In this document: one piece after another, positions 1 to 10,567 of the stretch
How the letters are laid out: every line of letters begins with the position of its first letter
How positions within the stretch are numbered: position 1 is the first letter of the stretch
DNA from: Nanoarchaeum equitans Kin4-M
GTDB lineage: Archaea > Nanobdellota > Nanobdellia > Nanobdellales > Nanoarchaeaceae
Reading direction: 5' to 3'
Length of the DNA stretch: 32,000 bases
Assembly (NCBI GenBank): GCA_000008085.1
Contig: AE017199.1
Location: forward strand, 210,001-242,000
Notes under the pieces: generated by a model
What the model was told of the DNA's origin: nothing
Databases searched by the model: none
Seen by the model: the letters and a program-made list of their open reading frames with translations, nothing else
Translations under genes and position numbers: made by a program

Positions 1-2
1 AA

Positions 3-422
3 ATTGATGAAATCGTACCATTTTTAACTAAGCTAATAGTATTTATTTTTCTATTGCAATATTTATCATGGGTTAAGATTAAAGAGTTGCAATTATTATT
101 TATGCTTGTCTCCCTCTATGGAACAATAATATTTTCTTTGGGCCTAGTATTAATAGTTGGTCTAATTTTTGGAGAAATAATAAAGCAATTGATATTAAAA
201 ACCAACATAGATATAAAAGAAAGGCTTGGAGAAAACATAAAACTATTTATTGCCTCTCTATTCGTTGTTTCTTCAATAAATATAATAAGCTATTTACTTG
301 TTTTCACTCCATTTGAAATAGATACTAGTATTGTAAATTTGGTTTTCTTTATTCTAACTCTATTTTTGTTTGCGCCATTATTATTAAGAATAGCCGTAAA
401 AACCTATTATGGTAGGTTATGA
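3..422 (+). CDS. Multi-pass membrane protein, probably 5'-truncated by the window edge
   Basis: ORF given at 54 begins with TTG; the same frame is open back to position 3 (IDEIVPFLTKLIVFIFLLQYLSWV...), so the real start is likely outside the window. Hydrophobic helices. Confidence 0.6.
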   Translation: MDEIVPFLTKLIVFIFLLQYLSWVKIKELQLLFMLVSLYGTIIFSLGLVLIVGLIFGEIIKQLILKTNIDIKERLGENIKLFIASLFVVSSINIISYLLVFTPFEIDTSIVNLVFFILTLFLFAPLLLRIAVKTYYGRL

Positions 423-936
423 GCCTGCAGAAGACACATTTTTGTTATTAAAATGGGCCAAAAAATTTGCTAAAGGCAAAATATTAGAAATCGGAGTAGG
501 AAGCGGTTACATATTAGAAAACCTATTAAAAAAGGGCTTCGATGCTTATGGAGTAGAAATAGACAAAGATGTTTTAAAATATTTAAAAGAAAAATTTAAA
601 GACAGGGTTTGGTATAGCGATTTATTTAGCAATGTAAATGACAAATACGATCTAATAATTTTTAACCCGCCTTATTTACCAGAAGAAGGTTGGGAAGATG
701 AAAAAACAAAACTATGGACCGTAGGAGGAAAAGAAGGCAACGAAATAATATTAAAATTTATAGAACAATTGCCATTCTATTTAAAGGAGGGGGGAAAAGC
801 CATAATAATAGTAAGCTCTCTATCAAATCCAAATAAAGTGTTTGAAAAAATAAAAGAATTAGGAATGAAATACGAAATATTGGAGGAAATGTCATTGTTT
901 TTTGAAAGGCTTTACGCTGTTCTTATTTATAAATAA
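409..936 (+). CDS. HemK/Mtq2-like class I SAM-dependent methyltransferase (probable release factor glutamine methyltransferase)
   Basis: SAM motif ILEIGVGSGYILENL, catalytic NPPY motif (IIFNPPYLP), N-terminal YEPAEDTFLL. Confidence 0.88.
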   Translation: MVGYEPAEDTFLLLKWAKKFAKGKILEIGVGSGYILENLLKKGFDAYGVEIDKDVLKYLKEKFKDRVWYSDLFSNVNDKYDLIIFNPPYLPEEGWEDEKTKLWTVGGKEGNEIILKFIEQLPFYLKEGGKAIIIVSSLSNPNKVFEKIKELGMKYEILEEMSLFFERLYAVLIYK

Positions 937-953
937 TAGTTTTAGTATCAAAG

Positions 954-3887
954 ATGAAAAAGTTCTTTGTAACAGCAGCGTTCCCATATGTAAATGGTTA
1001 TTTACATTTGGGCCATCTAGTAACATACATAAAAGCAGAAATTACAGCAAGATACAAGAAAATGAGGGGTTATGATGTTTTATTCCCAATGGGCTTCCAT
1101 GCTACTGGTGCCCCAATATATGCTGCGGCATATAAAGTATCTATTGGGGATCCTAAACAAATAGAAACTTTAAAGAAAATGGGAATAAAAGACATAGAAA
1201 AATTCAAAGACCCAGCTTATTGGGTTGAGTATTTCTCTAAAGCAGCAAAAGAGGATTTATCTAAATTGGGCTTTATGATAGAATGGGAAAGATCTTTTAC
1301 CACAGTATTCAACAAACCATTCCATAAATTTGTTGAATGGCAATACCACAGGCTTAGAGAGAAAGGTTATATCTATAGAGGGGCACACCCAATTGTATGG
1401 GATCCAAAAGTTAATATGGTTATTGGCGACCACGATAGGCCCGATGATTATGCTGGAATAAGACCAATAGAAGGAGTAATAATTAAATTCTATTCAAAAG
1501 ACTTAGATGCGTATTTGCCAGCATTTACATTAAGACCAGAAACAGTTTTTGGAGTAGTAAACATATGGGTAAACCCAGAAACCGAATATGTATTAGCAAA
1601 GGTCAAAAAAGTATTTTATGTATACGAATTGTATAGTCTATACAAAAAATTTGGAAGGCTCCCATTAAATATAGAAAATAGGGACAAACTAGAAAAACTA
1701 ATTCAAGACTATAATAATCTATTAGATAGGCTAAAGCAATATGAAAAAGGTATAGATTTGATAGCCCACGCTGAAGAGATTGCCTATAAACCAAAAGAAG
1801 AATTTGTTAAAGAATTAAAAGAATTCGCTGAAAAAGAAGGCATTAAAATAGAAGAAAAAGATATAGAATTACTATATGAATATTACAATACAAAAGTAGA
1901 AACCCAAGAAGAAAAATGGATATTACCCAATACTATAGTAATAGAAGAGCTTAAAAACCAAGATTTTGAAATAGAAATAATAGGTAAAATAGATAAACTA
2001 ATAAAAACTCTCGCAGAAAACCCAGTAACAAAAGAATTAGTCCCAGTATTGCCAGCAAAATTTGTAGACCCAGAGGTTGGAACTGGCATAGTAATGTCTG
2101 TCCCAAGCCATGCTCCTTATGATTATGTTGGATTATTAGATTTGATAAAAACCGAACTAAAAGAATTCGCTGAGCAAGCTCTAAAAAATGTTAGACCTGT
2201 AGTAAAAGTAGAAGGCTTTAGTGAAATGCCTGCTAAAGATATAGTTGAATCTATGAATATAACATCACAAGAGGAAAGAGATAAATTAGAAAAAGCCACA
2301 CAAAGATTATATTCTAAAGAATTCTACCATGGGGTATTAACAGAACACGCCCAACAATTCCAAGGCTTACCAGTTAAAGAAGCGAAAATGAAAATAGCCG
2401 AATATCTAATGGAAAATGGTTATGGTTATATCTATTATACCCTTCCTGTAAGGTTTAAATCCAGGTATGGAAACAAAGTTGTAGTTAAACTTGTTAAAGG
2501 CCAATGGTTCATTAAATATAGCGATAAACAATGGAAAGAATTGGCCCACAAAGCTGTGGAAAATATGAAATTCTATCCCCCACAAGTAAAAGAGCTAATA
2601 AAAGAAAAAATAGATTGGTATGATGATTGGGCCTTTACCCATCAAAAAGAATTAGGTACTGCCCTCCCATGGGATCCAAAATGGGTTATAGAATCCCTCT
2701 CTGATTCTACAATATACACAGCTTATTATACAATAGCCCATATATTACAACATCCAGAGAAATATAATATAGACTGGGATAAGCTAACGATAGATGTATT
2801 TGATTATGTATTCCTAGGAAAAGGCGATCCTAAAGAAATAGCTAAAAAAACTGGTATAAGCGAAGAAATATTAAAAGAAATGAGAAACCAATTTGAATAT
2901 TGGTATCCTGTAGATATAAGGTTTAGCGCCCAAGATTTAATAGCAAACCATTTGGTATTCTATATATTCCACCATGTAGCAATTTTCCCAGAAAGTAAAT
3001 GGCCCAGAGGTATAGCAGTTTCTGGCTTCGTTACAGTAAATGGAGAAAAGATGTCTAAAAGCAAGGGCAATTTTATTACAATTAGAGAAGCTATCCAAAG
3101 ATATGGTAGAGACGCTGTAAGGCTTGCTGCAGCATATGCTGGGAATGCTGAATTAGTTGATCAAAATATTGATCTAGAATTTATGGAGAAAGCCAAAAAC
3201 GAAATAATACCAAGGATAGAAAGCTATTTAGATATGGAAGGCTATGATAGAGATGAAAATAGCTTAGATAAATGGATAGTCAATAGAATTAGATTATACT
3301 TCAAAAAATTGGAAGAATACTATGAAAACATAAGACCAAGAGATGTTATTAACGAATTCTTCAAATTAGAAAACGATTTCAATTTCTATAGAGCTTTAGT
3401 ATTAGAAAAACCCCATAAGAGGGCAATAGAATATTTCAAAAAAGCAGTAAAAGCTTTATGGCCTATTATTCCCCATGTTGTTAGAGAACCTGCATGGATT
3501 GGTAAAGAAGAGCCAGACGAACCATGGATTAGGGTAGGACAATATGTAGACCAAGTAATAAAAGATTTGGCTAATACATTAAAATTGGTAAGAATTAGTA
3601 TGGCAAGAAATGTTAGCCATAGGTTAGCAGATTTGGTTAAACTATATTACGAAGGAGCAAAGCTAACAGAAGAAGAAAAGGAAGAAATAAGAGAATTTAT
3701 CGAATGGAAACCTGTCAGGATAAAAATAATATACAAAAACCCCTCAGAATTTGATATATTGAGAGACATAATACCATACATAGAGAAAGTTTTTGGAGGG
3801 AAAGTAGTATTAGAATTGGCTTCCGAATCAAAAGAAGAAAAAGCTAAGAGAGCCAAAGAATTTAAACCAGCCTTCGTTATAGAATAA
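954..3887 (+). CDS. leuS: Leucyl-tRNA synthetase (archaeal type)
   Basis: 977 aa; HLGH signature (YLHLGHLVTYI), FHATGAPI, KMSKSKGN motif, editing domain, C-terminal anticodon-binding domain. Confidence 0.96.
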   Translation: MKKFFVTAAFPYVNGYLHLGHLVTYIKAEITARYKKMRGYDVLFPMGFHATGAPIYAAAYKVSIGDPKQIETLKKMGIKDIEKFKDPAYWVEYFSKAAKEDLSKLGFMIEWERSFTTVFNKPFHKFVEWQYHRLREKGYIYRGAHPIVWDPKVNMVIGDHDRPDDYAGIRPIEGVIIKFYSKDLDAYLPAFTLRPETVFGVVNIWVNPETEYVLAKVKKVFYVYELYSLYKKFGRLPLNIENRDKLEKLIQDYNNLLDRLKQYEKGIDLIAHAEEIAYKPKEEFVKELKEFAEKEGIKIEEKDIELLYEYYNTKVETQEEKWILPNTIVIEELKNQDFEIEIIGKIDKLIKTLAENPVTKELVPVLPAKFVDPEVGTGIVMSVPSHAPYDYVGLLDLIKTELKEFAEQALKNVRPVVKVEGFSEMPAKDIVESMNITSQEERDKLEKATQRLYSKEFYHGVLTEHAQQFQGLPVKEAKMKIAEYLMENGYGYIYYTLPVRFKSRYGNKVVVKLVKGQWFIKYSDKQWKELAHKAVENMKFYPPQVKELIKEKIDWYDDWAFTHQKELGTALPWDPKWVIESLSDSTIYTAYYTIAHILQHPEKYNIDWDKLTIDVFDYVFLGKGDPKEIAKKTGISEEILKEMRNQFEYWYPVDIRFSAQDLIANHLVFYIFHHVAIFPESKWPRGIAVSGFVTVNGEKMSKSKGNFITIREAIQRYGRDAVRLAAAYAGNAELVDQNIDLEFMEKAKNEIIPRIESYLDMEGYDRDENSLDKWIVNRIRLYFKKLEEYYENIRPRDVINEFFKLENDFNFYRALVLEKPHKRAIEYFKKAVKALWPIIPHVVREPAWIGKEEPDEPWIRVGQYVDQVIKDLANTLKLVRISMARNVSHRLADLVKLYYEGAKLTEEEKEEIREFIEWKPVRIKIIYKNPSEFDILRDIIPYIEKVFGGKVVLELASESKEEKAKRAKEFKPAFVIE

Positions 3888-3932
3888 ATTCTTTGCTTAT
3901 TATAATTTAAACTCCCATCTCTATAACACCTA

Positions 3933-5513
3933 ATGACTAATAAGGTTTTTTCTATACTAAAAGAATATGGTTTACTCGCTGGCGATAAAAAAGTTATCGA
4001 TTTTTTATCTCAATTGGATGAAGACGAAATTAGAAAGATTCTCCTTAAAGTAAAGAAGAAAAATGTGATGGTTATTAAATTGGAACACGTTAAAATGTTC
4101 AAAGAGACCACAGAAATAACGATAGAAAAGAAAGAAAATAAAATCTCTATATCAAAAAAGAACACCACATCGATTTTACAATTTATTCAAATAAAAGAGG
4201 AATCAAAAGAGATAAAAGAAACTAAAAAGGAAGAAGAAGTAGAAATAATTCATACTACTAAAAAACCCGAAGATGTCGATACCTCTATAGAGATAATAAA
4301 ACCTATAGAAGCTAAGGCAAAAAAATGGACAGTCCAAGATTTTGTTAATTTCTATAAAAACAAATTAGATTTCTATAAAAGATTATTAAAAGGAAGGTTA
4401 AACCCAATAAGCATTAGAAATGTTTTAAATCTAAAAGAAAATACAGAAGTCTCTATAATAGGGAGGGTATTCGAAATAGTGAAAAGGGATAACTACGCTT
4501 CTTTAGTTTTAGAGGATACAACTGGAAGAGTAATAGTAAAATTATTTCCTGATACTCCAGCATGGGAAAAACTAAAAATGATGGTACCAGATGATATAGT
4601 AGGAGTGCAAGGCATAGTTGGTAAAAACGCCTCTATAATAGCTAAAGATATTATTTATCCGGACATACCAACAAAACAAATAAAAAGGGCAAATGATGAT
4701 GTTTACGCTTTGTTTATTACAGATATACATGTAGGTTCCAAATATTTCTTGGAAAACCATTTCAAGAAATTCTTGGATTGGCTAAACCTAAAGAAAGGCG
4801 ATATAGAAATAGCGAAAAAAGTTAAATATCTAATAATAACTGGCGATTTGGTTGATGGGGTTGGTATCTATCCAGAGCAAGAAAAAGAATTAGTTATAAC
4901 AGACATAGAAGAGCAATATGAATATTTCGCCAAACTATTAACCGAATATTTAAATAGAGATGATATAAAAGTAATATTAATTCCCGGTAACCACGATGCC
5001 GTTAGATTGGAAGAACCCCAACCCCCGATACCAAGAGATATAGCTAAATCCCTATATAGAGAAGGTTTCTATTTATTACCTAATCCAAGTTGGGTTAGAA
5101 TACATAAAAAAGATGATTTCGAAGGTTTCGATTTATTGTTATACCATGGTTACGCTTTCGATTGGATTATATCCAATACCGAAGCAGTAATGGATGGTTA
5201 TTTACATCCAGAAAAAGTAATGCAATTGTTATTAGTAAAAAGGCAACTATTTTCAGGCCATGGCTCTAGCCCATATGTACCCCAATTGCCCGATCCATTT
5301 TTGATAGATATAGTACCAGATATATTTGTTACGGGCCATATACATAGAGTTGGGTTAGGAGAATACAAAGGCACTATATTATTAAATGCTGGTTGTTGGC
5401 AGGAAACAACACCATTCCAAAAAAAGGTGGGCCATGTCCCAGATCCTGGTAAGGCGATAGCGATAAACCTAAAAACTAGGGACAAAACTATATTAAAGTT
5501 CTATGAAAACTAA
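3933..5513 (+). CDS. polB: DNA polymerase II (family D) small subunit DP1, calcineurin-like exonuclease
   Basis: 526 aa; OB-fold region followed by phosphoesterase motifs LITGDLVDGVG, LIPGNHDA, YHGYAFDW, TGHIHR. Confidence 0.93.
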   Translation: MTNKVFSILKEYGLLAGDKKVIDFLSQLDEDEIRKILLKVKKKNVMVIKLEHVKMFKETTEITIEKKENKISISKKNTTSILQFIQIKEESKEIKETKKEEEVEIIHTTKKPEDVDTSIEIIKPIEAKAKKWTVQDFVNFYKNKLDFYKRLLKGRLNPISIRNVLNLKENTEVSIIGRVFEIVKRDNYASLVLEDTTGRVIVKLFPDTPAWEKLKMMVPDDIVGVQGIVGKNASIIAKDIIYPDIPTKQIKRANDDVYALFITDIHVGSKYFLENHFKKFLDWLNLKKGDIEIAKKVKYLIITGDLVDGVGIYPEQEKELVITDIEEQYEYFAKLLTEYLNRDDIKVILIPGNHDAVRLEEPQPPIPRDIAKSLYREGFYLLPNPSWVRIHKKDDFEGFDLLLYHGYAFDWIISNTEAVMDGYLHPEKVMQLLLVKRQLFSGHGSSPYVPQLPDPFLIDIVPDIFVTGHIHRVGLGEYKGTILLNAGCWQETTPFQKKVGHVPDPGKAIAINLKTRDKTILKFYEN

Positions 5514-5544
5514 AGTTTTATAAACCATAATATTAAGACGGCGA

Positions 5545-6123
5545 ATGCGTATTCCTATAATAAAATATGAAATACCTATTCCAGAAAATGTAAAGGTTTC
5601 TTACGAAAATAACATATTAAAAGTTTCTGGCCCAAAAGGAGAAGTAGAAAGGAAGTTCTACCACCCATTAATAAAGCTTTCTGTTAATGACAATAAAATA
5701 ATTTTAGAGACATACTTTGCAACAAGAAGGGAAAAAAGACTAATAAATACATGGAGATCGCATATTAAAAATATGTTAGAAGGAGTACAAAACCCATTTG
5801 TTTATAGGTTAAAAGTATGTTATACCCATTTCCCTATGAGAGTAAAGTTAGAAGGCAATAAACTAATTGTTGAAAACTTCTTAGGAGAAAAGGCCCCAAT
5901 TATAAAAGAGTTACCTTATTTAGATAAGGTAAAAGTAAAAATAGAGCAAAACAAAGATGAAACCGAAATAGTAGTGGAAAGCCCTGATAAAGAGAAAGCC
6001 GGTATCGTCGCTTCTATGATAGAACAATCTACAAGGTTCTTACATAAAAGGAAAGATAGAAGAAGGTTTACTGATGGTATTTGGCTATACTATAAAGCCG
6101 GTAAAAATATATTAGAAGAGTAA
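5545..6123 (+). CDS. rpl6: 50S ribosomal protein L6 (uL6)
   Basis: Archaeal uL6 pattern: IPENVKVSYENNILKVSGPKGEVER, HIKNMLEGVQNPFVYRLKVCYTHFPM, DRRRFTDGIWLYYKAG. Confidence 0.95.
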   Translation: MRIPIIKYEIPIPENVKVSYENNILKVSGPKGEVERKFYHPLIKLSVNDNKIILETYFATRREKRLINTWRSHIKNMLEGVQNPFVYRLKVCYTHFPMRVKLEGNKLIVENFLGEKAPIIKELPYLDKVKVKIEQNKDETEIVVESPDKEKAGIVASMIEQSTRFLHKRKDRRRFTDGIWLYYKAGKNILEE

Positions 6124-6153
6124 ATTTTTAAATCACTTTTTACATAGCCATCG

Positions 6154-6750
6154 ATGAAGATGAAGCTATTCGGAAGATGGGATTATGAAGATGTTACTGT
6201 AGAGGATCCTGGACTAAGAGATTATATAAATCTAAAACCCATGTTAATACCATATAGCGGAGGAAGGCATCAAAAACATAGATTTGGCAAAGCAAAAATA
6301 CCAATAATAGAAAGATTAGCTGGAAGGTTAATGACTTCTGGCCATTTAGGGAAAAAACATAAATGGACTAGCGAACACCAAACAGGTAAAAAATATAATG
6401 CTTACAAAATAATAATAAGAACTTTCGAGATTATTGAAAAAAGGACTAAACAAAACCCATTAAAGGTTTTTGTAAAAGCAATAGAAAATGCTGCTCCAAG
6501 GGAAGAAACTACTACTATAGAATATGGTGGTGCTAGATATCCAAAAGCTGTTGATTGTTCTCCTCAAAGGAGGGTTGATTTGGCTATTAGACATATGGTT
6601 TGGGGAGCGTTCCATGGCTCTAGGAAAAAGCCAATATCAATAGAAGAAGCATTGGCGGAAGAAATAATTAACGCATATAACAATTCTCTAAAAAGCTACG
6701 CAATAAAAAGAAAACTCGAAATAGAGAAAACCGCAGAATCCGCTAGGTAA
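6154..6750 (+). CDS. rps7: 30S ribosomal protein S7 (uS7)
   Basis: LFGRWDYEDVTVEDPGLRDYINLKP, NPLKVFVKAIENAAPREETTTIEYGGARYPKAVDCSPQRRVDLAIRHM, EEIINAYNN...AIKRKLEIEKTAESAR. Confidence 0.95.
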   Translation: MKMKLFGRWDYEDVTVEDPGLRDYINLKPMLIPYSGGRHQKHRFGKAKIPIIERLAGRLMTSGHLGKKHKWTSEHQTGKKYNAYKIIIRTFEIIEKRTKQNPLKVFVKAIENAAPREETTTIEYGGARYPKAVDCSPQRRVDLAIRHMVWGAFHGSRKKPISIEEALAEEIINAYNNSLKSYAIKRKLEIEKTAESAR

Positions 6751-7412
6751 TGTATGAACTAATTTTTTCCCCCCAATATATAAACAAAGACAAAAAAATA
6801 TTAATCCCCCTAGGTTTTTTCTTCGTTATACTCTCTTATATAATACAAACCTATTTAGACATTGATTTATTTCGATCGAGAGTTAGCCTATATTTTATTC
6901 TAACATTATTAATATCTCAAATTACGACAAAACTATTTGAAATGTTCGAATTCGAGGAGGAAATAAAAGAATTAAAAATAAGAGATTTTTTAGAAATCTA
7001 CATATTGCTTTCGATAGGTATATTATTGGGCTTTTTAGTTATACCGCAAAATTTCTCTATTAGCTTCTCTCCTACGGGTATAGAGTATATATTAGTTAAT
7101 AACTTAAAATTAGCATACACATTTTTTGTTTTGTCTTTTTTGTTTGGGATCGGTAGCGAATTCTTATTAGCGTATAATTTAGATATTCTGGCTTATGCAA
7201 TAAAACAAAAACCAATACTATTACCATTAGCAATGCTAGAATTTGCAGGCTTTTTGTTGTTTTCGCTAGCAGGGGGTATATTGTCTATAAGTATTATAAG
7301 GAATAGTCTAAATAAATATATTTTAATCGATATAGCGAAAATACTATTATTCGGAACAGCCATTTTAATTACTTCCTATATAATCGAGCTTTCAATGATA
7401 TACTTTTTATAA
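6750..7412 (+). CDS. Hypothetical polytopic membrane protein
   Basis: 220 aa with several hydrophobic helices; start overlaps the uS7 stop codon (TAATG). Confidence 0.7.
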   Translation: MYELIFSPQYINKDKKILIPLGFFFVILSYIIQTYLDIDLFRSRVSLYFILTLLISQITTKLFEMFEFEEEIKELKIRDFLEIYILLSIGILLGFLVIPQNFSISFSPTGIEYILVNNLKLAYTFFVLSFLFGIGSEFLLAYNLDILAYAIKQKPILLPLAMLEFAGFLLFSLAGGILSISIIRNSLNKYILIDIAKILLFGTAILITSYIIELSMIYFL

Positions 7413-7415
7413 TGA

Positions 7416-8228
7416 ATGAAAGTTGGTTTAGAGATACATCAACAATTAGATACTAAAAAATTGTTTTGCGAATGTGAATCAAAGCTTAGTGACAATGTTA
7501 GATTTAAAGTAAAAAGATATTTACACCCTGTAGCAGGGGAATCTGGAGAATATGATATAGCTACTCTATTCGAAAAAGCTAAGAACAAATACTATATTTA
7601 CGAAGTTACAGACAATTCTTGTTTAGTTGAATTGGATGAAGAGCCCCCCCATTTAGTAAACGAAGAAGCAATTAAGATCGCTTTAGATGTTGCAGAATCT
7701 CTAAATATGAAGGTAATACCAATAATACAAGTTATGAGGAAAACCGTAATAGATGGTTCAAACACTACTGGTTTCCAGAGAACTATGCTAATAGCCATAG
7801 ATGGTTATTTAGAGATTAAAGGTAAAAAAATTAGAATACAATCTTTATGCTTAGAAGAAGACGCAGCAAGAAAAATAGAAGAAACCGATAAATATGTGGT
7901 TTATAGGTTAGACCGCTTAGGGATCCCCTTATTGGAAATAACAACTTACCCAGATATAGATGATCCTGAATTGGCTAAAAAAGTAGCAGAAAGAATAGGC
8001 CTAATATTAAGACTAACAGGGAAAGTAAAAAGGGGTTTAGGCACAGTGAGACAAGACCTAAATGTTTCTATAGAGGGAGGAGAAAAAATAGAAATAAAAG
8101 GAGTACAAAATTTAAGAGATATTCCTAAAATAATAGAGCTAGAAGTAAAAAGACAGCAAGACTTAAAAAAATGGCAAGAAGAAGTTAAAAAAAGAGGTAT
8201 AGATGGTTTCGAATTAGTAGAGCTTTAG
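7416..8228 (+). CDS. gatE: Glu-tRNA(Gln) amidotransferase subunit E, N-terminal catalytic-cradle portion only (split or truncated gatE)
   Basis: MKVGLEIHQQLDTKKLFCECESKLS..., EDAARKIEE, GLGTVRQDLNVSIEGGEKIEIKGVQNLRDIPKIIELE; the ORF ends after 270 aa, before the AspRS-like insertion and tail domains. Confidence 0.9.
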   Translation: MKVGLEIHQQLDTKKLFCECESKLSDNVRFKVKRYLHPVAGESGEYDIATLFEKAKNKYYIYEVTDNSCLVELDEEPPHLVNEEAIKIALDVAESLNMKVIPIIQVMRKTVIDGSNTTGFQRTMLIAIDGYLEIKGKKIRIQSLCLEEDAARKIEETDKYVVYRLDRLGIPLLEITTYPDIDDPELAKKVAERIGLILRLTGKVKRGLGTVRQDLNVSIEGGEKIEIKGVQNLRDIPKIIELEVKRQQDLKKWQEEVKKRGIDGFELVEL

Positions 8229-8561
8229 GTTGCCAGTTATTTGGTCTATCTTTTCATCTTCGTCAGGGCCTAAAGCAATACAAATTATTGTGCCTGGACT
8301 AACTTGGGTTTTGCCTGCATCTCTTATTATAGAAACAACTATGCCTTTTTCCATTGCTTTTTTCGCTATGTCTAATAATTCTTCTAAGCTATTTACTTTT
8401 AGAACTACTTTCTTTGCTCCTTCTCTATACCATCTATCGAATAGCTCTTTATTATTTCTATAAACCTTTAGTGCTGCATCTAAAGAAGCATGAGCAACTT
8501 GGGCGCAAAGTTTGCCTTTTCCTATATCTAATTTTCTACAAACTATTACTTGCTTAACCAT
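8214..8561 (-). CDS. pth2: Peptidyl-tRNA hydrolase, archaeal/eukaryotic type (Pth2)
   Basis: [29 protein letters not shown]...GKTQVSPGTIICIALGPDEDEKIDQITGNLKLY; converges on gatE with a 15-bp overlap. Confidence 0.95.
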   Translation of the reverse strand: MVKQVIVCRKLDIGKGKLCAQVAHASLDAALKVYRNNKELFDRWYREGAKKVVLKVNSLEELLDIAKKAMEKGIVVSIIRDAGKTQVSPGTIICIALGPDEDEKIDQITGNLKLY

Positions 8562-9196
8562 ACCGCTAATAAATAGTTATCCAAGTTCTTGGCGATTTCA
8601 CAGTTTTCTCTATATTCTATCAAAAAGGTCTTATTATAAGCTATAATGGATTTTACCTCTTTTTTACCACAATAAGTAAAAGAACTATCAATTAAAGAAC
8701 ATTCCTCCAATTTTTTATATATTTCGGGTTTTTCCATACTTGGAGTACAACAAGCTATTTGGTTTTTATATTGGGGGCCGTAAATAATATAAAAACAAGC
8801 TAAAGCGCTATTTAAATTACCAAAATTGGCCATATAATATAGAAAAGCCTTATAACAATCGTATTCTATATATTTTTCCAAAATATTACATTCTAAAGAA
8901 CCATACTTTTTTAGGCAAGCCAATTTTATATCGCTTAAAGTATAATCATCTAATTCCAAATCTAAAAACTTTAATTTATTTAACTCTTTGTTTACAAACT
9001 CTTTGGCCAATTCTTTCACATCTATTGGGTTAACACTACATTTTAGATTCTTTATAGCAGAAATTGTGGTTTCCTCTGAAGCTAAAGAAATAGCTTTTAT
9101 CGATTGAAAAATTGTATTTTTAGCAACAAACAAAGCAATAAAAAGGGATAAGGCTAATAAAATTAAATAATTTACGCTCTCAAGCGCTCTCCTCAT
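8546..9196 (-). CDS. Cys-rich, membrane-anchored hypothetical protein
   Basis: 216 aa; N-terminal hydrophobic helix ([16 protein letters not shown]) then a domain with 10 Cys; overlaps the 3' end of uS4 and the 5' end of pth2. Confidence 0.7.
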   Translation of the reverse strand: MRRALESVNYLILLALSLFIALFVAKNTIFQSIKAISLASEETTISAIKNLKCSVNPIDVKELAKEFVNKELNKLKFLDLELDDYTLSDIKLACLKKYGSLECNILEKYIEYDCYKAFLYYMANFGNLNSALACFYIIYGPQYKNQIACCTPSMEKPEIYKKLEECSLIDSSFTYCGKKEVKSIIAYNKTFLIEYRENCEIAKNLDNYLLAVWLSK

Positions 9197-9722
9197 TAGT
9201 TTCCTCTTTTTGTTCTAGTTTTCTAGCTGGATGTTCTGGATTAGCTAATGGAGAAAAAGGCACAAACTCAATTTTGTCTTCTTCCTCTTTTTTAACCAAA
9301 TAAGATGGAGCATCTACTACTTCGCCGTTAACCATTATATGGCCATGTACTATAAATTGCCTCGCTTGTTTCATTGTTTTAGCTAAGCCTTTCCTTACTA
9401 ACATGGTTTGTAGCCTTCTTTCTAAAACATCTTTAACAGTCAAATCCAAAACATCATCTAATTCGGCATTTTCGCTTAATACTCCCAATTTCTTAAGCTT
9501 AGTCAAAAATCTTTCTTTTTCTTCGCTAATGTCTTGGCCTGCCGCTTGTTTAGCGTTTAGGTATCTAGCATAAGCACGCCATTTTCTAGCAATTGTTTCA
9601 GCAATCCATAATTCTCTCTTATTTTTTAACCCATATTCTTTCATTAATCTTTTTTCAATTATTAGTCTTTGCTTTTGCCATGGATGAGAAGGCCCTTCCC
9701 ATTTTCTTCTTTGTCTCCACAT
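9180..9722 (-). CDS. rps4: 30S ribosomal protein S4 (uS4)
   Basis: [20 protein letters not shown]..., [52 protein letters not shown]. Confidence 0.95.
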   Translation of the reverse strand: MWRQRRKWEGPSHPWQKQRLIIEKRLMKEYGLKNKRELWIAETIARKWRAYARYLNAKQAAGQDISEEKERFLTKLKKLGVLSENAELDDVLDLTVKDVLERRLQTMLVRKGLAKTMKQARQFIVHGHIMVNGEVVDAPSYLVKKEEEDKIEFVPFSPLANPEHPARKLEQKEETNEESA

Positions 9723-9769
9723 TGGATATGGAATAAAAATATTTTTATAAATGTTCTTTCCAAATACAA

Positions 9770-10471
9770 ATGCGTTTTGATGGGAGAGACTATAATGAAA
9801 TAAGAGATACTGAAATGAAAATAGGAGTAATCTCTAAAGCGGATGGTAGCGCATATTGTAGGACTGGCAATACTATTGCTATCGCAGCAGTATATTTAAA
9901 ACCTGGTAGAGAACAATCCAATTTAAAAGTAAGCTATAGGATGCTTCCTTTCGCTGGAGAAGAAAGGAAAGGCCTAGGTTTAACAAGAAGAGAAATAGAA
10001 CTTAGCTATATAATAGCTAAAGCTTTAGAGCCAGCAATTATATTTGAAGAAATACCCTATTTAACAATCGAAGCTTCTGTAGAAATAATTAAAGCTGATG
10101 CCGGAACAAGAGTAGCAGCGATAAATGCTTTGTCCTTAGCTTTAGCCCATGCAGGAATTCCTATGAAAGCTTTGGTTGGAGCCATAGCAGTAGGAAAGGT
10201 TGGAGAAAAAATAGTATTAGATTTGAACAAACAAGAAGAAGACTATGATTCTGAAATAATAAAAAAGGAATTGCCCCAATATTACGAATACTATGGAGAA
10301 GGAAAAGCTGTCGATATACCTATGGCAATGTATAAGAACAAAATTACATTATTGCAATTGGATGGTTCTATAGATAGAAAATCCTTATTAGAAGCAATCA
10401 AATTAGGCAAGGATGGTATAAAGAGAATGATTGATTTACAAAAAATAGCTATAGAGGATTATTATTTTTAA
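9770..10471 (+). CDS. rrp41: Exosome complex exonuclease Rrp41 (RNase PH-like)
   Basis: [106 protein letters not shown]. Confidence 0.94.
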   Translation: MRFDGRDYNEIRDTEMKIGVISKADGSAYCRTGNTIAIAAVYLKPGREQSNLKVSYRMLPFAGEERKGLGLTRREIELSYIIAKALEPAIIFEEIPYLTIEASVEIIKADAGTRVAAINALSLALAHAGIPMKALVGAIAVGKVGEKIVLDLNKQEEDYDSEIIKKELPQYYEYYGEGKAVDIPMAMYKNKITLLQLDGSIDRKSLLEAIKLGKDGIKRMIDLQKIAIEDYYF

Positions 10472-10491
10472 TGCCTATATATTAAAATTTT

Positions 10492-10565
10492 GGGCCCGTA
10501 GCTTAGCTAGGTAAAGCGCCGGGTTGCGGACCCGGAGATCGCGGGTTCGAATCCCGCCGGGCCCG
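10492..10565 (+). tRNA. tRNA-Arg (anticodon GCG), intronless
   Basis: Manual fold: acceptor GGGCCCG/CGGGCCC, D-arm GCTTAGCTAGGTAAAGC, anticodon arm CCGGG-TTGCGGA-CCCGG, variable AGATC, T-arm GCGGG-TTCGAAT-CCCGC, discriminator G. Confidence 0.96.
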
Positions 10566-10567
10566 GA

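Noticed and set aside
1603-2089. Minus-strand ORFs inside leuS
   Set aside because: Antisense to a confidently identified conserved gene; no recognisable motifs.
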